Below, piece by piece: positions 19,814 to 30,008 of a stretch of 64,000 bases of DNA; position 1 is the stretch's first letter, and each line of letters opens with the position of its first letter. The notes beneath the pieces were generated by a model. That model searched no databases and was not told the DNA's origin. It was given only the letters and a program-made list of their open reading frames with translations. The DNA is from Candidatus Levyibacteriota bacterium. GTDB taxonomy: Bacteria; Patescibacteriota; Microgenomatia; Levybacterales; UBA12049. The stretch lies in contig DAIDHL010000003.1 in NCBI GenBank assembly GCA_027459745.1, positions 129,125 through 193,124 of the forward strand, read 5' to 3'. A program made the translations under genes and the position numbers.

Positions 19814-20917
19814 CTAAGCTCCTATTTTAAACTCGACAACGTCTCCATCTTGCATGATGTAATCTTTACCCTCTAATCTGGCTTTGCCATGTTCGCGGGC
19901 ACCTTTCCAGCCATTAACAGCCACAAAATCGGCATAACTAACTACTTCCGCTTTGATAAATTTCTTAGTGAAATCGGTATGGATGACTCCGGCTGCATCT
20001 GGAGCGACAGAACCTTTTTCTATCATCCAAGCTTTGACTTCTTTTTCTCCACAAGTTAAAAAAGAAATTAAACCCAATCGCTCATAAGCTTTTCGAATCA
20101 AACGTTCCAAACCAGAACCAGAAAAACCCAGATCAGCGATATACATATGTTGTTCACTTTCTTCCAATGCCACCAATTCTGATTCTATTTTGGCGCAAAT
20201 AACGACAATTCTTTCGCGCGAAACTTGTAACATATCAGCATAATGCTCAATCATCTTGAGAGCATTTTCGGCAGTATATTCATCTTCATTTACATTCAAG
20301 ACCAATATTTCTGGTTTGGCGGTCAATAAAAATAACGGCGTTAAGACTGCCAGTTCTTCCTCACTAAATTTAATCTCGCGAGCTGGAATTCCAGCATTGA
20401 GGTTGTCGATTAATTTATCAATGGCTATTTTAACCATGGGATCATCATTTCTTTTGATGCGCGACTGTACATTTTGAGCCGTGGTTAAATCTGCCAAAAT
20501 AAGTTCGGTTTGGATAGTGGCATAGTCATTTTCCGGATCACTACTTCCCTCGCGAATGATATTTTCATCCGTAAAGCCGCGCACCACATGACAAATGACA
20601 CTGACTTCACGAATATGAGATAAAAATTTATTACCCAATCCTGCTCCCTCAGCTGCTCCTTTGACCAAACCTGCGATATCGACAAATTTAACCGTCGCTG
20701 GTTTGAGTGGTGGCAAGCTAGACATTTTTTCTTCTTCTTTGGTGATCTGCGCAAGTTTATTCAATCTGCTATCTGGTACGGCTACAATGCCAATATTTGG
20801 CTCGATGGTCGCAAAAGGATAATTGGCAGCCAGAGCCAATTGTTTTTTCAACAAAGCATTAAATAAAGTGCTCTTGCCAACGTTCGGCAAACCTACTATT
20901 CCGACACTTAAATTCAT
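19814..20917 (-). CDS. ychF: Ribosome-binding ATPase YchF (Obg-family GTPase with C-terminal TGS domain)
   Basis: 367 aa. P-loop GLPNVGKSTLFNAL, the YchF-specific N-terminal pattern and a C-terminal TGS-like beta-grasp. Confidence 0.85.
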   Translation of the reverse strand: MNLSVGIVGLPNVGKSTLFNALLKKQLALAANYPFATIEPNIGIVAVPDSRLNKLAQITKEEEKMSSLPPLKPATVKFVDIAGLVKGAAEGAGLGNKFLSHIREVSVICHVVRGFTDENIIREGSSDPENDYATIQTELILADLTTAQNVQSRIKRNDDPMVKIAIDKLIDNLNAGIPAREIKFSEEELAVLTPLFLLTAKPEILVLNVNEDEYTAENALKMIEHYADMLQVSRERIVVICAKIESELVALEESEQHMYIADLGFSGSGLERLIRKAYERLGLISFLTCGEKEVKAWMIEKGSVAPDAAGVIHTDFTKKFIKAEVVSYADFVAVNGWKGAREHGKARLEGKDYIMQDGDVVEFKIGA

Positions 20918-20945
20918 ACGATCAGATTATAGCACGATTTAAATC

Positions 20946-21185
20946 TTATCTAAGTTTGCGTGCAATAATTTGTATTTTTTGATCAACCGTCTCTACTGCA
21001 TTTGAAAGATAGTCCAACTTTTTCTCCAATTTATGTATCAAGCTACCCGTGTGATTATAATCAACTACTCCTACGGGAACTCCACATGAAGAGCATTGAA
21101 TAAAATAGAATTTAAAATTTGATTTATTTGGAGAGACTTCTTCTAGCGAAAAGGAGAAGTTACCACAATTTCCACATTTTGACAT
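20946..21185 (-). CDS. Small zinc-ribbon protein
   Basis: 79 aa. Two CxxC pairs (CGNCGN ... CSSCG). Confidence 0.5.
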   Translation of the reverse strand: MSKCGNCGNFSFSLEEVSPNKSNFKFYFIQCSSCGVPVGVVDYNHTGSLIHKLEKKLDYLSNAVETVDQKIQIIARKLR

Positions 21186-21214
21186 TTTTTCTCACCTCCT
21201 TCAATAAGTATTTT

Positions 21215-21652
21215 CTAAACAAGCTGATGTCTTTCACCATAAGAATCCCATATAAATAAACTGTCATGGGATATCAACCAAATAGCTTCATAAAAATACT
21301 CCCACTTCTTTGACCATTTAAATATTGCATTTAGTGCATTAATTATTTCATCTTGAGTAGGATTTGAAGATTCTATACCAATGATTCCAGGACAATTAAT
21401 TAAATTCTCGCGTTCTTTATGTACTCGCCGAATATCTTTTGTAACAAATATTCTAAACTGTTTTTTAGCCCTCAAAAGATGTTCGTGATCATGCACATCG
21501 ACACCCTCTTGAAGTTCTGCTGTGACCGTATCAAACCCTAACTTATTAAGATATATGGAAACATCAGGCATTCCCACATCGAGATAAAATCTTAAGGAAA
21601 GATTTCTTCTTTTTAATTTGGTGAACTTACGCTTAGTAAGCTTAATTTTCAT
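21215..21652 (-). CDS. Hypothetical protein
   Basis: 145 aa, no confident domain. Adjacent to the zinc-ribbon gene. Confidence 0.4.
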   Translation of the reverse strand: MKIKLTKRKFTKLKRRNLSLRFYLDVGMPDVSIYLNKLGFDTVTAELQEGVDVHDHEHLLRAKKQFRIFVTKDIRRVHKERENLINCPGIIGIESSNPTQDEIINALNAIFKWSKKWEYFYEAIWLISHDSLFIWDSYGERHQLV

Positions 21653-21782
21653 AAAACTTTAATTCCGTGGGTGTGGCTCTACTGTAGACTTTGAGGAAGG
21701 CAGTTAGTCTCTTCGCGTTTTATCCCGCCTAGGACAATAATTACTATATACAAAATAAGCGAGGAAATCAAGAGATTATTGA

Positions 21783-21806
21783 TTGATTCTGGACAAGCCA
21801 GAATGA
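21783..21806. repeat. Repeat family C core hairpin (mini copy) between the GLUG gene and the downstream hypothetical gene
   Basis: tgattGATTCTGGacaagCCAGAATgacg: 8-mer inverted pair with a 5-nt loop, same arms as copies 1-3. Confidence 0.5.
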
Positions 21807-21814
21807 CGAAATTT

Positions 21815-23488
21815 TTAGCACCCTATTTTCAATGTTTGTCCGGCGCGAATTAAAGAAGAATTTAACCCATTTTGCTGCATGAGAGTACCAAACTTCGTAC
21901 CATTTCCCAACTTCAAACTTGCTATTCCCCACAACGTGTCTCCAGCTTGTACAGTGTAATTCGTGCATTTAGTAACCAAACCACTCCTGCTTGTTTCTAA
22001 ACCTAATACCTTACTACTTACTACTGACCCTTGACTACTAACTTTTACACTCATTACCCCCGACCACTCCCCCGGCATACAACCGTTTTGACCTCGCACT
22101 TTAAAATACCATGTACCTGGAAATAAATAGTTGATCGTGTATGGTACTGCACCCCCTTTATCTGTGTAATTAAAACTGGTGGTGTAACTGTCTGCATTAT
22201 TATTTATCCCGTAACTAATCGTATACCCACTGTCTTGTCCTGATACTGGGGCAAAGTATACTGTCACTGTATTGTCTGAGGCAGAAACTTGAAACAAATT
22301 AGGTAAACCAGTAGGTGCCGAATTGGAACACTCTTGTGGTTTGGGAGTTGATGGCCCTGGATTATAATTGGGATCTGTAGTCTGTGTATATCTGACTGGA
22401 TTTATAGGTGCTGGTGAACTAAACCCCTTCAACGTAGGATATCCTCCGCTATTTGTTTGCCATGTATTAACAAAATCCCAACTACTCATCGGTGCATTCG
22501 TATTATTCCCTTTGAAATAATTTGGTGTCGCATTCCCCGAATTAACAGCTGTACAAGTCGTTGCACCGGCGCCTGCACATGAATTTGTAGTCGCCAAATA
22601 TTCGTCAAAATATACACCGGTTGCAGTTGCTCCTCCATTACCAATGACAGCAGCTACATCAGTGCCCGTAGCGGAGATAACAGATACACTAAATGAGTCA
22701 GTAACTGTGCCTGTTTCATCAACTCCTACCAATCCCCCCACATTTTGTAATAATGAACCCGATAATGTAAAATTTGCATAACTATTGCTGATCTGAGAAG
22801 TGCCACCGATAGAAGTAAATCCTATCAATCCTCCTACATTGTTTGAACCCGCTGTTCCGACAGCATAACTATCGCTAATCACACTTGAATTGCCCTGCAT
22901 AGCACCAACCAATCCTCCTGTATTCAAGCCTCCATTCAGATTACCGTTATAAAAACTTTTTTCGATAGCCAAGCTTCCATTACTAACACCGACCAATCCC
23001 CCCGAATAAGCAGTTCCCGAGACATCGATCTGTGACGAGCTATGGGTAACAGTAGTCCCCGTACTTGCATCCCCTATCAAGCTCCCAACATACCAACCTG
23101 CATCTGTAACCGAACCGCTGACTACTCTGACATTTTCTATACTCGCTCCGGTTGTATAACCGAATAAGCCCGAATAGTTGGCTGACATATTAATGGTAAA
23201 GTTAGAAATTGCAAAATTTTTCCCGTCAAATGTGCCGGTGAAAGGATTGGTAGAAGAACCGATCGGAGTGATGGTTATACCACTACAATCAATATCATTA
23301 TCTTGTTGGTAGTACGCACTCAGATTATTGGCCATTTCTTCCAGCTGTGAACAAGTAGTAATTTGATAGGGATAATCACTCGTGCCGTTTCCATAACCTG
23401 AAAAAGCCAAGACAGGAGAAGTCAAAAAAAGGCTTAGTAAAAAAATAAATAAAGTGCTGAAGCTGAATTGGAATACGATTTTTTTCAT
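21815..23488 (-). CDS. Secreted GLUG-motif repeat protein with fibronectin-III-like region and C-terminal LysM domain
   Basis: 557 aa. Signal peptide. Many G-rich repeats containing GGLVG/GGLIG (GLUG motif). C-terminal LysM (YTVQAGDTLWGIA...IRAGQTLKIG). Confidence 0.7.
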   Translation of the reverse strand: MKKIVFQFSFSTLFIFLLSLFLTSPVLAFSGYGNGTSDYPYQITTCSQLEEMANNLSAYYQQDNDIDCSGITITPIGSSTNPFTGTFDGKNFAISNFTINMSANYSGLFGYTTGASIENVRVVSGSVTDAGWYVGSLIGDASTGTTVTHSSSQIDVSGTAYSGGLVGVSNGSLAIEKSFYNGNLNGGLNTGGLVGAMQGNSSVISDSYAVGTAGSNNVGGLIGFTSIGGTSQISNSYANFTLSGSLLQNVGGLVGVDETGTVTDSFSVSVISATGTDVAAVIGNGGATATGVYFDEYLATTNSCAGAGATTCTAVNSGNATPNYFKGNNTNAPMSSWDFVNTWQTNSGGYPTLKGFSSPAPINPVRYTQTTDPNYNPGPSTPKPQECSNSAPTGLPNLFQVSASDNTVTVYFAPVSGQDSGYTISYGINNNADSYTTSFNYTDKGGAVPYTINYLFPGTWYFKVRGQNGCMPGEWSGVMSVKVSSQGSVVSSKVLGLETSRSGLVTKCTNYTVQAGDTLWGIASLKLGNGTKFGTLMQQNGLNSSLIRAGQTLKIGC

Positions 23489-23530
23489 TCTATTATTAGA
23501 TTAGTGATCTACTTCACACTATGCAAGAGG

Positions 23531-23746
23531 TTATTTCCTTCCCCAACTTATATGTGCCCAAATTCGCTCATGAACATAGTACAAAATCGAGCTGGCTAGA
23601 TTAGTAAATACAACAAAACCAATGGTAATGTCATATCTATGAGTAATGGCAAAAGTAATCACAGCATCGGAGACCACTACCAGAAATCTAAAAGTCATAG
23701 ATTTAGTAAATGATCTCTGAGCCTTTTCACCTGTATATCTTTTCAT
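23531..23746 (-). CDS. Small membrane protein (DUF2061-like)
   Basis: 71 aa, two TM helices. Confidence 0.4.
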   Translation of the reverse strand: MKRYTGEKAQRSFTKSMTFRFLVVVSDAVITFAITHRYDITIGFVVFTNLASSILYYVHERIWAHISWGRK

Positions 23747-23845
23747 AATATTTCTAGTCTCTTTCTACTTTAAGGAATTTATCTCAGATAAAACAAGTGG
23801 CTTAAAAAATCTGTGAGCTAAATCACTGTTTTTCTTACTAAACTC

Positions 23846-24313
23846 TTGCATAACAATCTTGACTCGCTCATTTCAAACAGTTATAAACAAAACATGCCAA
23901 ATCGTGTAGTTCATTTTGAAATTGAAGCCCAAGACAAAAAAAGAGCCAGTAAATTTTATAGTGATGCTTTTGGCTGGGAAATGGTTACTCAACCGGAAGA
24001 ATACGGCGGATATATCATGGTGAAAACAGGTGATCCGATGGCAGCCGGTGGAATCAACGGCGGAATTTTTCAGAGGGGAGAAAAAGAACTTAATGCCTAT
24101 TCGTGTGTAATTGGGGTTGATGATATTAAAAAATCAATTGAGGATGTACGCACAGCAGGCGGAAAAGTAATCGAGCATAATACGAATGATGAAGGTAAAG
24201 ATATGGGTGAAGTTGTTGATATCCCAGGAGTGGGGTTATATGCCAAATGCGAAGACACTGAAGGCAATCATTTTACACTACTTCAACCAATTCCCGAAAG
24301 AGTATCGAAATAA
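23846..24313 (+). CDS. VOC-family (glyoxalase/bleomycin-resistance fold) protein
   Basis: 155 aa ORF. The conserved domain starts at MPNRVVHFEIE, so the true start is probably the ATG near 23894. Ends with GNHFTLLQP. Confidence 0.65.
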   Translation: MHNNLDSLISNSYKQNMPNRVVHFEIEAQDKKRASKFYSDAFGWEMVTQPEEYGGYIMVKTGDPMAAGGINGGIFQRGEKELNAYSCVIGVDDIKKSIEDVRTAGGKVIEHNTNDEGKDMGEVVDIPGVGLYAKCEDTEGNHFTLLQPIPERVSK

Positions 24314-24320
24314 TAAATAT

Positions 24321-24357
24321 AAAAAAATGAGATGCATCCTTTTATAGAATGCACCTC
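24321..24357 (-). terminator. Rho-independent terminator candidate for the SPW-repeat gene
   Basis: Hairpin gagatgcat / atgcacctc (8 of 9 bp) at 24329-24357. On the minus strand it is followed by a T7 run (plus-strand aaaaaaa at 24322-24328). Lies about 35 nt past the minus-strand stop at 24391. Confidence 0.45.
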
Positions 24358-24390
24358 ATATATGTTTATAATCATTATCTCAACTGAACA

Positions 24391-24780
24391 TTAGATAGCC
24401 GCACGTGTAGATCGACTACTACTGCTCGAGCCTGCCGCGCTATTCCAAATTGCGACCGCCGCTACAATTATCCCCAGTATAATATCATTTATTCTGGGCC
24501 CTATATTGGCATAACCCAAAACGAATGGCGCAATGATCAGCCAAATGCCGGCGACAATATTAATCCAACTCAACCAGACAGTACTTGTAGGCGTGAAAGC
24601 CCGAATAAGCGCTAAGACTCCAACAATAATTCCCAGCCAAATATCATTTGTGCGGGGTGCATTATTTACATATCCAAGCACGAAAGGTGCAATAATCAGC
24701 CATATTCCTGCTACTACGTTTATCCAACTTGCAGTTACCGATTGATTTCTGTTTTCCATCTTATCTTCACCTCCTTTCAT
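24391..24780 (-). CDS. SPW-repeat membrane protein (two tandem SPW repeats)
   Basis: 129 aa. Internal tandem duplication WINVVAGIWLIIAPFVLGY / WINIVAGIWLIIAPFVLGY. Confidence 0.65.
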   Translation of the reverse strand: MKGGEDKMENRNQSVTASWINVVAGIWLIIAPFVLGYVNNAPRTNDIWLGIIVGVLALIRAFTPTSTVWLSWINIVAGIWLIIAPFVLGYANIGPRINDIILGIIVAAVAIWNSAAGSSSSSRSTRAAI

Positions 24781-24963
24781 GTGTGTTACAGTCTAGTTTT
24801 ACCATATTACGATCGGGTGAAAGTTATGCAAGATTAAGATAAGAATAAAGTAATTTACTAAAATATATAATCTATGGGTGTTTTAAGAATCGAAAGAAGA
24901 ATTTTTCTTCCTACTAAGAAAGAAAATAATAACTAACAATATTAAGACTACTAAAATCCTATA

Positions 24964-25713
24964 ATGCAAGCATGGCCGATAGAGAACAAGAGGTATAATC
25001 CAGTCTGTATAATAAATATGCTAGAATTAACTATAATGTCATCTTTAGCCAAAAAAACTTTATCAAATACCTTGCTCTTCTTCCTTGGCTTAGCTTTATT
25101 AATTTTTCTACCTTCCATGACATTAAATTTTTGGCAAGGATGGGTTTATTTGTCAGTATTTTACATTTGCGTTGTATTAATAACCATATACTTTCTTAAA
25201 ACAGATCCAAAATTAATGGAAAGCCGTTTAAAAGCCGGCCCCACAGCTGAAAAAGAAATTGAACAAAAGAAAATTCAAACATTTACAGCGATCTGTCTTT
25301 TACTCCTATTTGTTTCTTGTGGTCTTAACCAACTATATCAGTGGAACTCTCTTAACCCAATTATTAATTTATTTGCCAACCTGTTTCTAATCGTAGGTTT
25401 TGCAATTGTATTCTTGACTTTTAAAATTAACAGCCACACTTCTGCTGTGATAGAGGTCGACAAAAATCAGAAAGTCATCTCTACTGGTGTTTATAGTCTG
25501 GTTCGCCATCCAATGTATCTTGGAGCTGTCCTGATTTTAGTCGCCACTCCTTTGGCTCTAAATTCATTATATTCACTATTCTTCTCTTTTGCAGGAATTT
25601 ATGGGGTGATTCTTCGATTAATCGCTGAAGAAAAATATCTTACTAAAAACTTATCAGGGTATCAGGGATTTTGCAAAAAAACTCGTTATCATCTCATACC
25701 CTTTGTTTGGTGA
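24964..25713 (+). CDS. Isoprenylcysteine carboxyl methyltransferase (ICMT)-family membrane methyltransferase
   Basis: 249 aa. Multi-TM. RHPMYLG matches the ICMT/PEMT RHPxY motif. True start probably the internal Met at about 25036. Confidence 0.65.
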   Translation: MQAWPIENKRYNPVCIINMLELTIMSSLAKKTLSNTLLFFLGLALLIFLPSMTLNFWQGWVYLSVFYICVVLITIYFLKTDPKLMESRLKAGPTAEKEIEQKKIQTFTAICLLLLFVSCGLNQLYQWNSLNPIINLFANLFLIVGFAIVFLTFKINSHTSAVIEVDKNQKVISTGVYSLVRHPMYLGAVLILVATPLALNSLYSLFFSFAGIYGVILRLIAEEKYLTKNLSGYQGFCKKTRYHLIPFVW

Positions 25714-25764
25714 TAAAAAACCAAATACGTTTTATTGAAATCAGTTCTTTTATAACTATAATTT

Positions 25765-26211
25765 ATGCAAGGTATCCCCAAAATTCCCTATTTCATCACA
25801 TCACGTTACCGTGTAGCCACAATGGTGGAATTGGCCAATGTAAAACCTACAGATATTGCTGCTGATCTTGGAAGTGGAGATGGAAGGATTTCTATTTCAT
25901 TAGCTAAAGCTGGCATTAAATATGTTGATGCATATGAAATAGATGATAACTTACGTTTAATAGCTACAAATTTAATCAAAAAAGATAATATCTACAATAT
26001 CAATCTTCTAAATCAAGATTTTTGGACGGTTAGTTTGTCCAAATATAATATAATCTGCTGTTATCCAATGCCAACCATAATGGGCCGTTTAGAAAGAAAA
26101 TTAAAAGAAGAGTTACAGCCTGGTACAAGAGTACTCTTAAATTACTTCCCTTTCCTACACTGGAAAGAAGAAATAATCAAAGATAATATTTACTTATACC
26201 TAAAAAAGTAA
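25765..26211 (+). CDS. Small class-I SAM-dependent methyltransferase
   Basis: 148 aa. SAM-binding motif I, DLGSGDGRI. Confidence 0.6.
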   Translation: MQGIPKIPYFITSRYRVATMVELANVKPTDIAADLGSGDGRISISLAKAGIKYVDAYEIDDNLRLIATNLIKKDNIYNINLLNQDFWTVSLSKYNIICCYPMPTIMGRLERKLKEELQPGTRVLLNYFPFLHWKEEIIKDNIYLYLKK

Positions 26212-26323
26212 CTCCTCTTGTATATTGATTAACGCCTATTATTTAATTAATACCAACTCAATCGCCAAGGTTCTATTTAGCTAAATTAATCTTAAATTGT
26301 AAGCAAATAAAAGTTCCCCTCTC

Positions 26324-26656
26324 TCATTTGGGAGAGCTTTTAACTCGACTTTTTGCGGACTTACTATCCAGGATCTTATCCTGAATTTGATCTTTTTTTT
26401 CCATCGCGGTCTCCCGCGCATCATGTAAAGTTTCACTCGCCTGATCTTTGACCTTAGTCAACATATCTTTGACTTTGGCTCTATTCTTTTCGTCTCTTAG
26501 TGCAGCAGCTCCTGCAATTGCCACTCCTGCACCTATCACAGCTCCTGCAGCACCCGCTACAACGGGATTAATTACATCTTTATCATGGACTCTTTTTTTA
26601 TGATCTCCCTTATGATCATGATTATGATTATGATTTTGATCTGCCATTAACATCAC
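26324..26656 (-). CDS. Small His-rich protein with Gly/Ala zipper segment
   Basis: 110 aa. N-terminal HNHNHDH run, AGAAGAVIGAGVAIAGAA zipper, charged helical tail. Confidence 0.45.
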   Translation of the reverse strand: MMLMADQNHNHNHDHKGDHKKRVHDKDVINPVVAGAAGAVIGAGVAIAGAAALRDEKNRAKVKDMLTKVKDQASETLHDARETAMEKKDQIQDKILDSKSAKSRVKSSPK

Positions 26657-26684
26657 CTCCTTCTATAAATAAACTCTATTGAAT

Positions 26685-27815
26685 CTAATTATCATCATTC
26701 AAATTAAGTTGTTTGGCTTGATGTCTGGGGTACCACAAAGCAGGAAACTGTTCTGCTGAGATAATGCTTTCATAAATCATTTCATACTCACTTGTCATTC
26801 TCTTAGCACTGAATCTATTCAATGCATAAGACCTGCAATAATGCCTATTTACCTCCTTAGCGTTATCTTTAATAAGTTGGGCTAATTCGTCCACTGTATC
26901 AGCAATCCAGCCGGTTTTTCCCTGCTGAATAATCTCAGGCATTGATCCCCGATTAAAAGCCGCAACAGGGGTTCCACACGCCATTGATTCAATCAGAGTT
27001 AATCCGAAAGGTTCTTCCCAGTCTAGAGTGTGCATAAAACATAAGGCGTTCGCCATCAGATCATTTCTTTCTTCTTGCGTTACTTCACCTATCCAGCATA
27101 TTTGCTCACCATCAATAAACGGTTTTACTTTCTCTTCATAATATGGTTTATCAACCTCGTCCAGTTTAGCTGCGATGATCAAGGGCAAATTCAATTTTTT
27201 AGCAATAGCTATAGCATGATGCACTCCTTTGATAGAAGCGATTCTCCCCACGTGTAATAAATAACTGCCCGGCCTGGCGGCAAAAGGATACTCATGCATT
27301 TCCAGTCCATTGTGAACTGTGGCAATGTAATTTAAATTTGGTGCAGGTTTTTTCTGTGCCTCCGAAATGGCCACTAGATAGGCGCGATTTAGTTTTTCAT
27401 AATTCTGTATGTTATGTTCAGTCAAAACACTATGCAACGTAGAAATCACTGGGACTTTAGAATATTGACCAAATGTTAAGCCCAAAGGCAGACTACGTAA
27501 AGTCGTATGATCATGAATAATGTCAAATTCCGCTGCCATTTTATAAGCTTTTACCAAATGTTGTACAAATGCCATGGTTCTTTGTGCATCGTCAAAAGGA
27601 CTCATATCCCGTGGGAATTGTTCCCTAATTCCTTTTGGAAAAGTCGATATTAACCTTGCGGAAGTCTTGGAGTCACCACTAGCAAATAGTGTCACATCAT
27701 GCCCACGATGTACTAATTCTTCGGTAAGAGCATAAACCACCCTTTCGGTCCCACCGTATTTTTTAGGTGGTACACTTTCATAGGGTGGAGCAATTTGTGC
27801 AATTTTCATAAACAT
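26685..27815 (-). CDS. Family-4 (GT-B) glycosyltransferase
   Basis: 376 aa. N-terminal GGTERVV motif. C-terminal EEPFGLTLIESMACGTPV, the GT4 E-x7-E region. Confidence 0.75.
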   Translation of the reverse strand: MFMKIAQIAPPYESVPPKKYGGTERVVYALTEELVHRGHDVTLFASGDSKTSARLISTFPKGIREQFPRDMSPFDDAQRTMAFVQHLVKAYKMAAEFDIIHDHTTLRSLPLGLTFGQYSKVPVISTLHSVLTEHNIQNYEKLNRAYLVAISEAQKKPAPNLNYIATVHNGLEMHEYPFAARPGSYLLHVGRIASIKGVHHAIAIAKKLNLPLIIAAKLDEVDKPYYEEKVKPFIDGEQICWIGEVTQEERNDLMANALCFMHTLDWEEPFGLTLIESMACGTPVAAFNRGSMPEIIQQGKTGWIADTVDELAQLIKDNAKEVNRHYCRSYALNRFSAKRMTSEYEMIYESIISAEQFPALWYPRHQAKQLNLNDDN

Positions 27816-27885
27816 CAGCAGTATACTTTTGAGGCTTAAGATTTAAAACATAACCAAGTAAGAATAACGCAAGAGGGATTTGAAG

Positions 27886-29190
27886 CTATTTGATCATGGA
27901 TATGAGTAAATCGTAGGCAGATGCTGCCGACCATGCTTGATTCATACAACTCTGCTGCCCACTGAAAGGATTTTTATAAGTTAAATATCGCCCCTGGCTT
28001 TCTATATATAACTCAATTGGCAAACCAAAATGTTGCAAAGCACTCAAGGTAGCCCTACTTAACATGGCTGCCTCAGAAAAATAATCAAAATTATGCAAGC
28101 CCTCTATGATCAAACCATTAAGCATTGGCCAAAAACTACCATTGTGATATGAAGCCTCAGTCGGATCAAAAGTTAACGATTTTGAACTCATGGTACGCAT
28201 CCCAGCTCCTGGTACAAATAAATCATCGGCAAATGCCCTCTGTACAAGCGAATCCAAATAATTATTATCAACTATACATTCAACTTGTTCCCCCACCTCA
28301 TAAGCAGCCCATAAACAAATCAAAGGATGGGATGTGACTGTTTTAATTTGTGTTTTATGCCCATCCAGTGCCTGAGCCAGATATAACCCATCGGCTGTAC
28401 TCATTAAGAACATACGATTAAATCTTTTTTTCATTTTTGCAGCAAAACGCTCTAATTTTTGACTGAATTTATGGTTTTTAGTTTCAGGATAAGCATCAGT
28501 AAAATAATCCGCCCATAGCTTTAACGCCAACCAGGCTATTCCTTGTACCTCAACAGGAGCAATCGGATAGTCAGGCAATTTACCTTCTTTATCAGCCAAA
28601 GATGGGATTGAATCTGCCCATGATTGAACTGCTAAGCCTCCATGTTCGCGCTCTATAGGTAAGGAATATTCTAATAAGTAATCATGATCCATATCTCCAT
28701 ATGACATTATCCACTTTAGGCCTAGCTCAACCGCTGGCAAAACAGTTAGCATAAAATTAGCGTCTTTAGTTAATTCCCAATAACGATAGATAGCAATCAA
28801 ACCTAGAGGTGTAGCATCAATACTGTCATAATTGCGCAATTTTTTATCAGGGTAAACATACCAAGGTCTTTTTCGTCCAGTCAGTCGTTCATAATTGTCT
28901 ACTCTATATTCATGAATGAATTTACCTGGCTGTTCTCCGCTTTCAATATTTGAGTTTTTTCCTTGTAGTTCTATATGTTTAAGTAAACTTTTCTTACATG
29001 TGGATAATAACTTCTCATCTGGACGTAGTTTAATGGTATGAAGAATTTTGAGAATTGTTATGAAACTATCACGTCCGAAGATGCATCCATAAACCTCACT
29101 TTTACCCGAGGCATTGAAACCTTCTTCATGTGATAATTCATTTAGACAAAAATAAATTTTCTTTTCTAATTCTTCTATTGGCATGAGCAC
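27886..29190 (-). CDS. Amylo-alpha-1,6-glucosidase/GDE_C-like (alpha/alpha)6-barrel glycoside hydrolase
   Basis: 434 aa. FGRDS motif and overall similarity to GDE_C/GH63-like hydrolases. Adjacent to the GT4 gene. Confidence 0.55.
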   Translation of the reverse strand: MLMPIEELEKKIYFCLNELSHEEGFNASGKSEVYGCIFGRDSFITILKILHTIKLRPDEKLLSTCKKSLLKHIELQGKNSNIESGEQPGKFIHEYRVDNYERLTGRKRPWYVYPDKKLRNYDSIDATPLGLIAIYRYWELTKDANFMLTVLPAVELGLKWIMSYGDMDHDYLLEYSLPIEREHGGLAVQSWADSIPSLADKEGKLPDYPIAPVEVQGIAWLALKLWADYFTDAYPETKNHKFSQKLERFAAKMKKRFNRMFLMSTADGLYLAQALDGHKTQIKTVTSHPLICLWAAYEVGEQVECIVDNNYLDSLVQRAFADDLFVPGAGMRTMSSKSLTFDPTEASYHNGSFWPMLNGLIIEGLHNFDYFSEAAMLSRATLSALQHFGLPIELYIESQGRYLTYKNPFSGQQSCMNQAWSAASAYDLLISMIK

Positions 29191-29265
29191 AAAAATAAAT
29201 ACTGTTTTACTAACTTATCTCTCACGGAGAACAGTGTCAAGCAGAACCGTAGTTAAAAGGGTCAA

Positions 29266-29655
29266 TTATTGCTCTAAATAATCTCTCAATGGACCTAAAT
29301 AATATTCTCCCCACCCATCGCTTATACCTTTAGCATATTCATCAGGCACATCTACTTGCAGTAAGTCTACCTGCGTACCTTCTTTTTCCGGACTTAACAT
29401 AAAATTTACGATTGAAGGTTTATCCCAAGGTTTGTCTTCCATGCTATACCATTCCTGAATCAACTGTTTTTGATGCACTACTTTTATATTTTTCCCCCAG
29501 ATATTTCCGCCCCACAAAGAAAATTCTGTACCGGTTCTTTCATCCATACGCGCAGGGGCTGCACTCCAGTTCTGAATGTCTTTAGCATTAGTTAAAGCTG
29601 TCCAAACCTCTTCAGGAGAAGCTTTTATATGATATGTTTGTTTAATTGTTTTCAT
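29266..29655 (-). CDS. SRPBCC-superfamily protein (AHSA1/Aha1-like)
   Basis: 129 aa. IKASPEEVWTALTNAKDIQNW is typical of the AHSA1 family. Confidence 0.6.
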   Translation of the reverse strand: MKTIKQTYHIKASPEEVWTALTNAKDIQNWSAAPARMDERTGTEFSLWGGNIWGKNIKVVHQKQLIQEWYSMEDKPWDKPSIVNFMLSPEKEGTQVDLLQVDVPDEYAKGISDGWGEYYLGPLRDYLEQ

Positions 29656-30008
29656 TTGAAGCTTACTTAAGATAATCGCCCTCGTTATTAGTCTAGCTGG
29701 TATATAGATGAGCTGTCAATTTATTTTTTTTGCACAATTATATACGTTAACACATCTATTATGACATTGCAAGACAATAGTTTCAGTACTTGAGAATCAA
29801 GGGAAAATTAGCTAGTATTGTAATAAATATGAATTTAAACGATTTTAAAAACAATAAGATGTTGTGGCTGGTTGCCGCTATTCTTGCCGCAGTCGCATTG
29901 TTCTTTGGCATTGTTAGATAGTACACTTCAAAACTATCCTTGGTAGTATTTATAAGATCAAATTTTAGTAATCCTTTCCTTGTCATCCGCGGTAAGACAA
30001 AGATAATT

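Noticed and set aside
26316-26345. Hairpin cccctctctc/gggagag plus T-run as a terminator downstream of the 25765..26211 methyltransferase gene
   Set aside because: The structure overlaps the last codons of the minus-strand His-rich gene (stop at 26324), and the stem needs a G-U pair plus a mismatch. Too ambiguous to call.
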